A DNA stretch of 64,000 nt from Candidatus Enterousia sp. (GTDB taxonomy: Bacteria > Pseudomonadota > Alphaproteobacteria > Rs-D84). Shown one piece after another: positions 1 to 8,897 of this stretch. The notes under the pieces were generated by a model. The model did no database searches. It saw nothing but the letters and a program-made list of their open reading frames with translations, and was not told where the DNA came from. Numbering within the stretch: the first letter of the stretch is position 1; the number at the start of each line of letters is the position of its first letter. The stretch covers positions 89,724 through 153,723 of the forward strand of contig JAZNVZ010000007.1 in assembly GCA_045593065.1 (NCBI GenBank), written 5' to 3'. A program made the position numbers and the translations under genes.

Positions 1-364
1 TTCCTTTGTCGAACCGCATTTGTTGTGATTTTAGTTCCTTGCCCCTTTCCAGGGTTGGTTCTAAACAATTTCTGGCAAATATAGTTTTTCCATGTTTATC
101 CATAACGGTAATATCAACAATTTCAGGCAACTTGCTTGATACTTTGTCATTGATTTCGACTTTGCCATAGGCAGCATATTTGATAAAATCGTTATCGAGT
201 TCAAAAGACACGCGTATATCAAAATTGTCAAATTTAAACAAACGGCGTGATAAATATTTTGTTCTGGGCGCCTTGGACACAGACATTTCTTTTGATTTTT
301 TAATTTTATCAATTAACACATTGAATAATTCGCGTTCTTTGGCCAATTCGTTATCAACAACCAT
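1..364 (-). CDS. hypothetical protein, partial (runs off the window start)
   Basis: Open minus-strand frame from the ATG at 362-364 (GGGG RBS about 8 nt upstream) to the window edge: MVVDNELAKERELFNVLIDKIKK... It is absent from the ORF track because it is incomplete. The listed ORFs 61..312(-) and 180..425(+) are in other frames and look spurious. Confidence 0.4.
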   Translation of the reverse strand, partial: MVVDNELAKERELFNVLIDKIKKSKEMSVSKAPRTKYLSRRLFKFDNFDIRVSFELDNDFIKYAAYGKVEINDKVSSKLPEIVDITVMDKHGKTIFARNCLEPTLERGKELKSQQMRFDKG

Positions 365-474
365 ATATTTTTCCCCTTTTTACTGTATAATGTTACCACA
401 AATGTCAAAAAAACACAACTTTTGAAAAAAACACTTGAAATTATGAATAAAAAAATATAAGATGATTTCACATT

Positions 475-550
475 GCCAGTTTAGCTCAGCTGGTAGAGCA
501 TCTGATTTGTAATCAGAGGGTCGTTGGTTCAAGTCCGACAACTGGCACCA
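475..550 (+). tRNA. tRNA-Thr (anticodon TGT)
   Basis: 76-nt cloverleaf: GCCAGTT acceptor, GCTC/GAGC D-stem, TCTGA-TTTGTAA-TCAGA anticodon arm, GGTTCAAGTCC T-arm, 3' ACCA. Confidence 0.85.
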
Positions 551-557
551 GAAAATT

Positions 558-581
558 ACCGCCGTTTGGCGGTTTTTTTGT
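558..581 (+). terminator. rho-independent terminator after tRNA-Thr
   Basis: ACCGCCG-TTT-GGCGGT hairpin followed by a T7 run. Confidence 0.6.
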
Positions 582-603
582 TAATTTTCTGCACAAAATT
601 ACT

Positions 604-631
604 TGACAAAAATCGCTCGCCGTGTTAAATA
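604..631 (+). promoter_or_regulatory. candidate sigma70 promoter for the large hypothetical gene
   Basis: TTGACA (604-609), 16-nt spacer, TAAATA (626-631), about 30 nt upstream of the ATG at 660. Confidence 0.3.
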
Positions 632-659
632 TACTATTAATAAAAACCCGGGTAAAAAC

Positions 660-3278
660 ATGGATATAAAAAAACTTAATTTATTTGGAAACCCTGAACC
701 AATACAACCGCTATCCGAAGCGGAACTGTTCCGACAATTAGGCATGTCCCATTCTGAACTGGAGGCAAAAATTGCCGAACAGGCAAAAACAATGCCAAAA
801 AAAACAGCCGACACCAAAAAACAATTTATAAATATTTATTTTGACCCGGATGCAAACCCCCAAGATGCGACTGATGTGTTGTTATATTTGAACGCTTATG
901 TCATAGCCCCCAGCATTATGGAAACAGAAGTAAACGGCAATGTCACCGGCAATCGATACTCGTTTATAACAACTGTACACGATGTCAACAATTTGGATTT
1001 ACCCAATTTGCCTGATAATGTTTTTAAATTATTGTTGAGTTTGGTAGCAAAAGAAGATTTACCACAAATACTGCAATACAGACGAGATGAAAATATTGTT
1101 GCAATAATCCGCGAAGTTAAACACCAAGGGAAACCACTGATGCAGTCAGCCGACTTGACAGATACGGACAACCAAATTATGTTGAAAACACAGAATTCTA
1201 TTGCCGACAGCAGAAAAGCTATTTTGTCCCAAATATCAAATGCGCATGACGGAATAAACTTTTTATATTCTTGGTTTGATGACAACTGTCGCAACATTGG
1301 CTCTATTGAACCCCACAACGAAGAAATTTATAAATGTTTTCTCCGCAAAAACATTGAACTGATTTCGTCTATCACAAACCCTGATACCCAAAACAAAGTG
1401 TTTACTGTACTGATGAAACACTTGGTATTCATGCCTAACGAATTCACATATAAATTGAAACAGTTTCAAAATGTTTTGGGTGTATTAAAAAATTCTGAAT
1501 CTTTATCTATGCCCCTGGTTTTGGATGACGGGACACACACAGATTTGTTTAAACTGGACACAACAAAAATGCACGATGTTATGCATTCAATCAATGTGTC
1601 AAAAACCAGTGAATCAATCGATTTGTCTAATTTGAATATAAACGGCGATTTGATATGTTCCAAGGCCAAAGCCGCAATCGGTATGCCAAACAAAATTAAC
1701 GGCACATTAGATTGTTCTGGGTGCAAATGCAAAATTACCAAGATTCCATTTGGCACTGTCCGCGTCCAGGCCGCCCACACATTTAACAAAATCGCAGAAT
1801 TAAACACATTAGAATTTCCATCAACTGTGCGTGAAATTTTATTGGCACGATCTGTGATAAAAAACGCAACCACAGATTCCACTGAACTGGGGCATTTTAG
1901 ATTGTTTGCTGCGAAATACCCGAACATTGAAATTTTAGATGACAGAGGCGTATTATCTGTGCGCGATGCGTTGGAACAACAACTGGAAAAAATCGAACAG
2001 AAAAAGCAACCCGAAAAAGCAAAATCTGAAAAACCTGTGGCACAACCAAAACCCCAGATTCCAGAAAAAACAGCAGACCTTTTGTCGCGCAAAGAAATCG
2101 CAGAACTGTGCAAAAACGATGCAAGATTTATCGATACAGATATCGATAGATTGATAAAACGCGCAACACCAAAGTTTTCTAAACTGATAGAAAATAGAAT
2201 GTTTAATGGCACATCTGTGGTTTGCGTGCATCGTGATAATTTGGAAACACTTTTGAATAATATGGTGCAAATACTGCAAGAAGATTTGAAACGCGTTGCC
2301 ACAGAACAACCAGAAACAAATCAAATTGTCGCAGAAAAAATAGACGAAGCAAAACCCGCACCATCAACTGTGCAAAAACCAGAACCAGTTGCAATCGAAA
2401 AATATTTTTTAAAATCTGTTTGGAAAAGTATTGAAACATACTGTGGGGACAGTTCCCAAGTATTATATTCAGTATTGGAAACAGCAAACCAGGTAAATCA
2501 ACTGTATACAAATCAAAAATCTACCGAACCTGTTTTGTACTTGAATGAAAACTATATTTTACAACCAGTACCTGGAACATATGTTAAAACCGGCAAAGCT
2601 GCTGCTCAAAGAATTGGTAATGATAATGGAACGCGTATTGTGTGGACATTGAATCCAGATGATAAAATTATGGTCGCAATCGCATTTTATGATGACCACA
2701 CACCAGGAACGCGTCAAAAACAGTCTTATGATGATGTTGCCATTCCTGCTGCTGCACGTGGCTGTTTGTTGAACGGCAAAACCAAGGTTAATGCTGCGTT
2801 GGTTAAACAAGGAAACTATTTAAATATTCGCGATTTGATGGATGAATATAAACCAACACAAAAAGCTAAACCAGAACAAGAATCTAAACCCAAAAAAAGC
2901 GCAACAAAAGCGAAAATTGCACAACAAACTGTATCGACACCATCTGTGGATACAAAACCAGAATCAAAAACCACAAAACCAAAACCAGAACCTGTGGTTG
3001 CACCAGTATCGAAACCAGTCGTAATACCAGACAGTCAAAAAATCGATTTGAGTCAAATCGATAAAATGGCTCATGACCCGATGACACCACGCAGAAATTT
3101 TGTTGATGTAAAAACTGTCAGTGCTGAAATAGATGCTTTAGTCGCAACCATAGACAGAGATATAAACAACCTGGTACATGAATTGCAAGATGCACAAAAC
3201 AATCCTCAACAACAATTAGAGATTGCACGGCTGATTATTCATCATGTAAATAAAAAAATTACTTTGCTGGGTAAATAA
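660..3278 (+). CDS. large hypothetical protein (872 aa) with Lys/Pro/Glu-rich low-complexity segments; candidate secreted effector
   Basis: Long ORF. The track start at 603 is a TTG inside the promoter; the first ATG is at 660 (MDIKKLNLFGN...). It has no signal peptide and no P-loop. KPEP/KPKP low-complexity segments are present, and there is a C-terminal coiled-coil-like tail. An internal RIVWTLNPDDKIMVAIAFYDDH segment resembles a RelE/ParE C-terminus. Confidence 0.6.
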   Translation: MDIKKLNLFGNPEPIQPLSEAELFRQLGMSHSELEAKIAEQAKTMPKKTADTKKQFINIYFDPDANPQDATDVLLYLNAYVIAPSIMETEVNGNVTGNRYSFITTVHDVNNLDLPNLPDNVFKLLLSLVAKEDLPQILQYRRDENIVAIIREVKHQGKPLMQSADLTDTDNQIMLKTQNSIADSRKAILSQISNAHDGINFLYSWFDDNCRNIGSIEPHNEEIYKCFLRKNIELISSITNPDTQNKVFTVLMKHLVFMPNEFTYKLKQFQNVLGVLKNSESLSMPLVLDDGTHTDLFKLDTTKMHDVMHSINVSKTSESIDLSNLNINGDLICSKAKAAIGMPNKINGTLDCSGCKCKITKIPFGTVRVQAAHTFNKIAELNTLEFPSTVREILLARSVIKNATTDSTELGHFRLFAAKYPNIEILDDRGVLSVRDALEQQLEKIEQKKQPEKAKSEKPVAQPKPQIPEKTADLLSRKEIAELCKNDARFIDTDIDRLIKRATPKFSKLIENRMFNGTSVVCVHRDNLETLLNNMVQILQEDLKRVATEQPETNQIVAEKIDEAKPAPSTVQKPEPVAIEKYFLKSVWKSIETYCGDSSQVLYSVLETANQVNQLYTNQKSTEPVLYLNENYILQPVPGTYVKTGKAAAQRIGNDNGTRIVWTLNPDDKIMVAIAFYDDHTPGTRQKQSYDDVAIPAAARGCLLNGKTKVNAALVKQGNYLNIRDLMDEYKPTQKAKPEQESKPKKSATKAKIAQQTVSTPSVDTKPESKTTKPKPEPVVAPVSKPVVIPDSQKIDLSQIDKMAHDPMTPRRNFVDVKTVSAEIDALVATIDRDINNLVHELQDAQNNPQQQLEIARLIIHHVNKKITLLGK

Positions 3279-3281
3279 AGA

Positions 3282-3306
3282 ACCGCCCGATTGGGCGGTT
3301 TTTTGT
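3282..3306. terminator. bidirectional rho-independent terminator
   Basis: ACCGCCCGATTGGGCGGT hairpin with a T-run; A-rich on the other side. Confidence 0.6.
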
Positions 3307-3324
3307 TCGTGGCAAAACAAAACT

Positions 3325-3792
3325 TTATTTTTTCTTTTTATTTTTTGGTTTAGATTTTTTATTTTCGTCATCACCTAAATCCCAATTTTTGCTTTCTGGC
3401 AACATGTCATGCAATAAATTCTTTATCTTTGGATTTTTCGCCAAATAATAACGAATACCGTACAATGCCGCAACTGTCATGTAATGTTCAATGTCGGCGC
3501 GTGTCATGTGGTCTGCAACCTTTTCACGAACATTATCCAACATATCCATTGCGGCACCACGCGCACGCCGTAAAAATCTATAACGATACATACCTATAAT
3601 CGTTTCAACCCACATCCATATCAGCGATACCAATCCAGGAATTACGATGCACGCAACAAAATAACGAAACCAATCACTGCACGCTGTTTCCCCCAACATT
3701 GGTACGCACATGTGTTGACAATGCAACAACATCACTGCGAATATTTCATATACAAATAATACAGAAATATAAATTTTTGGTTTTAATAACAT
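3325..3792 (-). CDS. hypothetical membrane protein with poly-Lys tail
   Basis: ORF with 2-3 hydrophobic helices. The C-terminus is KKSKPKNKKKK. No recognisable family. Confidence 0.45.
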   Translation of the reverse strand: MLLKPKIYISVLFVYEIFAVMLLHCQHMCVPMLGETACSDWFRYFVACIVIPGLVSLIWMWVETIIGMYRYRFLRRARGAAMDMLDNVREKVADHMTRADIEHYMTVAALYGIRYYLAKNPKIKNLLHDMLPESKNWDLGDDENKKSKPKNKKKK

Positions 3793-3864
3793 TGTGTCAT
3801 CCTTTGTTTAATACAAACATAGTTTGACACAACACAATAAAACATTCATCAAGAACGAATGCCT

Positions 3865-3893
3865 AAGAAAAAACCCATGAAAAAATTCATGGG
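3865..3893 (-). terminator. rho-independent terminator downstream of cvpA
   Basis: CCCATGAA-AAAA-TTCATGGG 8-bp hairpin, followed on the minus strand by a T-run. Confidence 0.5.
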
Positions 3894-3900
3894 CAAATAT

Positions 3901-4692
3901 TTATTGATTGTTTCCAGAATTTCCTGCACGCGCAGATGTTTCAATTTGCAGCAACTGGTTTTCCAGTGCGGTGCGTTCCGAATGTTTATAACCTGTATCA
4001 GTGTCGGCCTTGACCGTGGCGGACGATTTGGTGTTGGTCTTGCCGTCTGTTTTTTTATTCGGTTTAGATTCCGCCGATTTGCGCGGTTCACCATTTTTGA
4101 TATCGTTCATTGTTGATATCGCAGGATTGATTAAATTTTTATAAATCTCGTCCGCTTGTTTAGTACCCTCGACATCACGCGCCAATAATTTGTTTGCGTC
4201 CCCCGGCACAAACCAAGAATCCAATTTCACAGCCGTTAATTGCATAACCGGTCGCGTACGCGCATTTTCAATCCATGACGGCATATGCGGAATGTCAGAA
4301 TAATACCACAATGCCACCCAATATACAATGCCCATAATAACAACACCACGAATGATACCAAATATAACCCCCAATGTATGGTCAGTAACATTCATCATAG
4401 ATTCTTGAATTTTGTCGCGCAGTTTTTGATTTATAAAACCAACAACCAATAAAATCACAAAAAACACAACAAAATATGATGCAACCAATGTAACAACCGT
4501 GGAATCATTTAATTTAAACCATGATTGCAAAACACCGTCCAGCCACGGGGATGCAAATCGCGCAGCAATCGCCGCCGCCACCCATGACAGAGTCGCGATT
4601 GTTTCATATACGCCACCACGAATTGTCGCCCATATCGTAGACGCCAACAACACAATAACATATACATAATCTAAACTGGTTAAATCAAACAT
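3901..4692 (-). CDS. cvpA: CvpA-family membrane protein (colicin V production protein-like)
   Basis: The N-terminal MFDLTSLDYVYVIVLLASTIWATIRGG, four TM helices and a Lys/Thr-rich tail fit the CvpA family pattern. Confidence 0.65.
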   Translation of the reverse strand: MFDLTSLDYVYVIVLLASTIWATIRGGVYETIATLSWVAAAIAARFASPWLDGVLQSWFKLNDSTVVTLVASYFVVFFVILLVVGFINQKLRDKIQESMMNVTDHTLGVIFGIIRGVVIMGIVYWVALWYYSDIPHMPSWIENARTRPVMQLTAVKLDSWFVPGDANKLLARDVEGTKQADEIYKNLINPAISTMNDIKNGEPRKSAESKPNKKTDGKTNTKSSATVKADTDTGYKHSERTALENQLLQIETSARAGNSGNNQ

Positions 4693-4710
4693 GGTTTATT
4701 TTTCCTGAAT

Positions 4711-5295
4711 TTATTTTTTTGATTTTCTGCGCGACACAGCAACACTGAACATCAACAACACAAACGCCAATATGGCAATCGTCCATGATGCAGTTTTATT
4801 GTCAGATGCACCCGCAACATTATCATCAACATTTTCATCATTCGCAGGAACGATATATTCTGTAACCGTTGCAGCATCGTTTGCATGCGCATTGCGATAT
4901 TTGTCGCCATCAGCCGCAATCGCCTTTTTAACACCAGCCGCCGCTTTTTTCGCATCGGCATCTAAATCAATTTCAATCGCCGCACGTAATTCATCCGCCA
5001 TGGATTCACCAAAACCTTGGAAACATTTTTCACCGATTTTAATCACAGGTACCCCACCAGATGAAAAATCGCATGATTTCAAAACATCCATAAACAATGC
5101 ACGATGTTCAGGCACAGTAACATCAACCGTTGTAACGCGCATCATTGGATATTCATAGATAAAATTATTGTTTGTAAAATCTTTGACATGATGACAATGT
5201 GGACATGTTGGCGAATAATAAATTGTCATGTCTGCGGCGGTTGCAACACCCATAAAACCAATTACAGCAAACAATGATAAAATTAATCTTTTCAT
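4711..5295 (-). CDS. thioredoxin/glutaredoxin-fold protein (CPHC) with N-terminal signal peptide and C-terminal TM anchor
   Basis: MKRLILSLFAVIGFMGVATA signal; IYYSPTCPHCHH active-site motif; GVPVIKIG cis-Pro motif; Ala-rich linker; C-terminal hydrophobic helix followed by RRKSKK. Confidence 0.6.
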   Translation of the reverse strand: MKRLILSLFAVIGFMGVATAADMTIYYSPTCPHCHHVKDFTNNNFIYEYPMMRVTTVDVTVPEHRALFMDVLKSCDFSSGGVPVIKIGEKCFQGFGESMADELRAAIEIDLDADAKKAAAGVKKAIAADGDKYRNAHANDAATVTEYIVPANDENVDDNVAGASDNKTASWTIAILAFVLLMFSVAVSRRKSKK

Positions 5296-5388
5296 ATCAA
5301 TCTCCTTTTGTGTTTTCCATATCGCATTGATTATAGAAAATATGATATAATTTAAGCAAGATGTTTTTATGAAAAAATTTATTAATTT

Positions 5389-5691
5389 TTATCGTGAATT
5401 CATTAATCGCACATCATCAAATTCTGGATGCCCAATCAATACACCCATTGCAGATGGACATATGGTTAAAATCTTGCGGTGTTGTGTCCGTGCCAAATCA
5501 ACCACACGCGCAACCAAATTAAATTCTATGGATGTTTTTGGATAATTGTCTGCAATAAATGTATGGTCAATCATCAGTTTATCTATACCGATTTTTACAA
5601 AGGTTATTTCGCCGATATTTTCACCATGAGATTTTGCACAAAAACCACATCCGTTTGGTAATATTTCGTATTCAATCATATCGCGTGTCAT
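5389..5691 (-). CDS. small GNAT-like N-acetyltransferase domain protein (~100 aa)
   Basis: GEITF...IDHTFIADNYPKTSIEF resembles the ~95-aa GNAT_2 family pattern (E..G.I.Y.....L.IDHT.V....RG.G.A..L). Confidence 0.45.
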   Translation of the reverse strand: MTRDMIEYEILPNGCGFCAKSHGENIGEITFVKIGIDKLMIDHTFIADNYPKTSIEFNLVARVVDLARTQHRKILTICPSAMGVLIGHPEFDDVRLMNSR

Positions 5692-5765
5692 AAAATATTT
5701 TCCTTGGTTGTATATGACACCACTATAAAAACAAAATTACACAGAATAAATACGATTAAAATCCA

Positions 5766-6689
5766 TTAAATATGATTATAATTTTTGCGAATGATACGCG
5801 CACTGGCGCGCAAAGCCGTGCTTTCTGTAGATGACAGTCGGGGCATAATCACATTTATCACGCCATTTGCACCAACAATGGACGGCAACGACATCGCCAG
5901 GTTTGTTTTCGGCGCGCATGTACTGACCGTCAAAATGCGTTTTTCGTCATTGATAATACAACGCAATAAATCATTTACTGCCGCCGCGATTCCGTCCCAT
6001 GTTGCACCACGACCCGTTATTATTTCGTATGCAGCCATGTGAACACGATGTTCTATGGTTTTACGGGTGGATAGCGGCAACGGCAATCTCATGACGCGGC
6101 AAAAATCATTTAATGGAATTGCACCAATGGTTGCAGATTCCCAATTAACAACCGATGCATCACCGTGTTCGCCCAATACATACGCATTTATTGACATAGG
6201 CGACACATCCAAATGTCGCGCCAGTATGGTACGCAGACGCGCAGAATCCAACATCGTCCCCGTGCCAATAACGCGCGCAGACGGCAACCCAGACAAATCA
6301 CGCGCCAACATTACCATAACATCCAATGGATTGGTAACGACAATTATTTTAACTTTTTTAGAATCAACATTTGCCATAACGCGCGGAATAATATCACGAA
6401 TAACATTTGCATTTGCCGCCAATAAATCTGTACGGGACTGACCGGGCTTTTGATTTGCGCCTGCCGCAATCACAACAATTTCAGAACCACGAATTTCACG
6501 ATACGAACTGGCCGCAGTTATTTTTACATCAAAAGAAAAAGCCGCTGCATGCCCCAGATCCGCCGCCGCCGCTTGGCTACGAACCGCATCGCGGTCAAAC
6601 AAAACCATTTCATGCACCAGTCCGGTATTTTTAATTGCAGTTGCAACCGCTGAACCAACCGAACCCAAACCGATAATCGCGACTTTCAT
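5766..6689 (-). CDS. ldh: L-lactate/malate dehydrogenase (LDH family, Gln at the substrate-specificity position suggests LDH)
   Basis: MKVAIIGLGSVG Rossmann motif; AGANQKPGQSRTDL; GEHGDS; TNPLDVM. Confidence 0.8.
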   Translation of the reverse strand: MKVAIIGLGSVGSAVATAIKNTGLVHEMVLFDRDAVRSQAAAADLGHAAAFSFDVKITAASSYREIRGSEIVVIAAGANQKPGQSRTDLLAANANVIRDIIPRVMANVDSKKVKIIVVTNPLDVMVMLARDLSGLPSARVIGTGTMLDSARLRTILARHLDVSPMSINAYVLGEHGDASVVNWESATIGAIPLNDFCRVMRLPLPLSTRKTIEHRVHMAAYEIITGRGATWDGIAAAVNDLLRCIINDEKRILTVSTCAPKTNLAMSLPSIVGANGVINVIMPRLSSTESTALRASARIIRKNYNHI

Positions 6690-6730
6690 ATCTCTCCCCT
6701 TTTTATTGGTTTTATTATATCAAATATCAG

Positions 6731-6764
6731 CAATAAAAAACAGGGATTTTCATCCCTGTTTTTT
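6731..6764. terminator. bidirectional terminator after proS
   Basis: ACAGGGAT-TTTC-ATCCCTGT hairpin flanked by A8 and T8 runs. Confidence 0.6.
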
Positions 6765-8045
6765 TTATTTATGACCTAATGTTTTAATTAAATCTTGAAT
6801 ATTTTCAACATAATTCTCCAAATCAATCTGTCCTGGTAAATTAGTTGTATCGTAATCATTCACACGATATTTGATTTCCAATTTGTTTTGTTCCAAATTC
6901 TTTTGCGACACAATTACACGAATTGGTGCAGCAATCAAATCTGCATCAGCAAATTTTTCACCAGCACGATTATCACGGTTATCCAATAAAACCTCTATAT
7001 CCGCCTTTTTCAAATCATTATAGATTTTTTCAGCCAATGGATATGTTTTATTGTCTTTGTCTGGTAACCCAATTACTTCTACTGCAAAAGGCGCGGTTTC
7101 CATATTCCACACAGGGCCATTATCATCCGCACTCTCTTCGATAATTGCCGCCATTGTACGACCAACCCCAATACCATAGCATCCCATAATTGGTGTTTTT
7201 TCACTGCCATCTGCGGCGGTGTATGTCATATGCATAGAATCTGTATAAAACTTACCCAACTGGAAAATATTACCGATTTCAATACCACGAATCTTTTTCA
7301 ATTCTTTTCCACATTTTGGGCATTTGGTTGTATCGGTATCTTCCAACTCTTTATTGGCGCGAAAACCACATTCACAGATGTACAAAGTGTCTTCACCCAT
7401 TTCGTTAATCAGTTGGAATTCATGAGCAAGTTTGCCACCCATATCACCAGTTGAAGACATAACATCGGTAAAGTTTTTCAATCCACAACGGCGAAAGATT
7501 CTGTAATATGCATCAAAACATTTTTTATAATATTGCTCTAAATCTTCTTGGGTTTCATGAAAAGAATACGCATCCTTCATAATGAATTCACGTGTCCTGA
7601 TTAACCCCGCGCGCACACGCAATTCATCACGGAACTTTGTTTGAATTTGATACAACATAAATGGTAATTGACGATACGATGTTAACACAGAACGCGCATA
7701 ATCGGTCACAACCTCTTCATGAGTTGGGCAAATTAGATAATCTGTCCCTGATGCACCTTTAAATTTAGCAATAACACTCATAGAATCATAACGACCTGTT
7801 TCGCGCCATAAATCAGCCGTACATACAACAGGCATTAAAATTTCTTGGCCATCAATTGCATTCATTTCATCACGAATAATATTTTCAATTTTATGAACAA
7901 CGGACCAACCAAGTGGTGTCAAAGTATAACCACCCTGAAAAGTTTGGTATATATATCCGCCTTTGACCGCGATTTTGTGTCCGCGTGTCGTTGCGCCCGC
8001 AACATCACCATATAATCTATTTACACATAATTGTTCTATTTTCAT
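6765..8045 (-). CDS. proS: prolyl-tRNA synthetase (short form lacking the editing domain)
   Basis: Class II aaRS motifs, GGYTLTPLGW, FRDELRVRAGLIRTREFIMKDAYSF, a zinc-binding Cys cluster, and a C-terminal anticodon-binding domain. Confidence 0.9.
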   Translation of the reverse strand: MKIEQLCVNRLYGDVAGATTRGHKIAVKGGYIYQTFQGGYTLTPLGWSVVHKIENIIRDEMNAIDGQEILMPVVCTADLWRETGRYDSMSVIAKFKGASGTDYLICPTHEEVVTDYARSVLTSYRQLPFMLYQIQTKFRDELRVRAGLIRTREFIMKDAYSFHETQEDLEQYYKKCFDAYYRIFRRCGLKNFTDVMSSTGDMGGKLAHEFQLINEMGEDTLYICECGFRANKELEDTDTTKCPKCGKELKKIRGIEIGNIFQLGKFYTDSMHMTYTAADGSEKTPIMGCYGIGVGRTMAAIIEESADDNGPVWNMETAPFAVEVIGLPDKDNKTYPLAEKIYNDLKKADIEVLLDNRDNRAGEKFADADLIAAPIRVIVSQKNLEQNKLEIKYRVNDYDTTNLPGQIDLENYVENIQDLIKTLGHK

Positions 8046-8884
8046 TTTTTTATCTCTTTATCTTTTAATTCCATATATTTATTTGATACGATTTCGTGCA
8101 ATTTTTTTGCGATTTCTTTTCTGTCCATACCCGAAACGGGCGCGGGGTCCAAAGCCGTGATATGTACCGTCATACCACCTAATTTTGCAACATGAAATAT
8201 TTGACCAAATGCACTGCGTTCCACCCTGCAACGGGGACCTGCGGTCTGTTTCGCGTTATCAAAATACGCGTATTCGTTTGCCAGAACCTGGTCATTGACG
8301 CATTTATTGCGATGCGTGCGATATGTTATAACCATCGGTTGAATCATTAAATCAGGCACCGCTTCGACCATGTTAAACATCGCAGATTTAAATTCGCGAA
8401 CATATGCGCCGTTTGTGGTGGTACCTTCGGGAAATATTACCACAGGATAACTGGCAGTGTTTAATTGTGCCGTCATATCTGCCAATGCTTCGACTGCGTG
8501 GGATGGGCGTCTATCAACAAATACGACACCAAATTTTTTCGCAATCCAACCAACCAATGGATACGATGCAATATCAATTTTACCCACAAAAGAACAACCA
8601 TATCCCACCGGCATAGACATTAATTCAAACACAGAAATATGATTACATATGCACAACAACGGTCTGTGTTTTGATAATTTGCCATGTGTACGAACACGAA
8701 CCCCAGTGGTTGCGCATAATGTCCACATAAAAAATCGCATGTATTTAACAGAAAAACGTCCACGCGGTATCAACATAATAATTGGAACCTGGGCAAATAC
8801 CACAGCAACAAACAATGTCGCACGAACAAATGCAAACACAGTTTCAAAAATATTTGATTTACATCTATCTGCCAACACTTTCAT
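8042..8884 (-). CDS. olsA: lysophospholipid acyltransferase (PlsC family), likely OlsA given its position
   Basis: HX4D motif CNHISVFE and the FPEGT motif. It lies immediately downstream of an OlsB-like gene. Confidence 0.7.
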   Translation of the reverse strand: MKVLADRCKSNIFETVFAFVRATLFVAVVFAQVPIIMLIPRGRFSVKYMRFFMWTLCATTGVRVRTHGKLSKHRPLLCICNHISVFELMSMPVGYGCSFVGKIDIASYPLVGWIAKKFGVVFVDRRPSHAVEALADMTAQLNTASYPVVIFPEGTTTNGAYVREFKSAMFNMVEAVPDLMIQPMVITYRTHRNKCVNDQVLANEYAYFDNAKQTAGPRCRVERSAFGQIFHVAKLGGMTVHITALDPAPVSGMDRKEIAKKLHEIVSNKYMELKDKEIKK

Positions 8885-8897
8885 TGTTCATACCTTT

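Noticed and set aside
61-425. Track ORFs 61..312(-) and 180..425(+)
   Set aside because: A longer frame with RBS-supported start at 362-364 (-) runs through the same region to the window edge. These two are in other frames and have odd composition.
3849-4116. ORFs 3849..4094(-) and 3859..4116(+) at the cvpA 3' end
   Set aside because: They overlap the cvpA terminator hairpin and the cvpA coding region in other frames. Both are basic, low-complexity translations.
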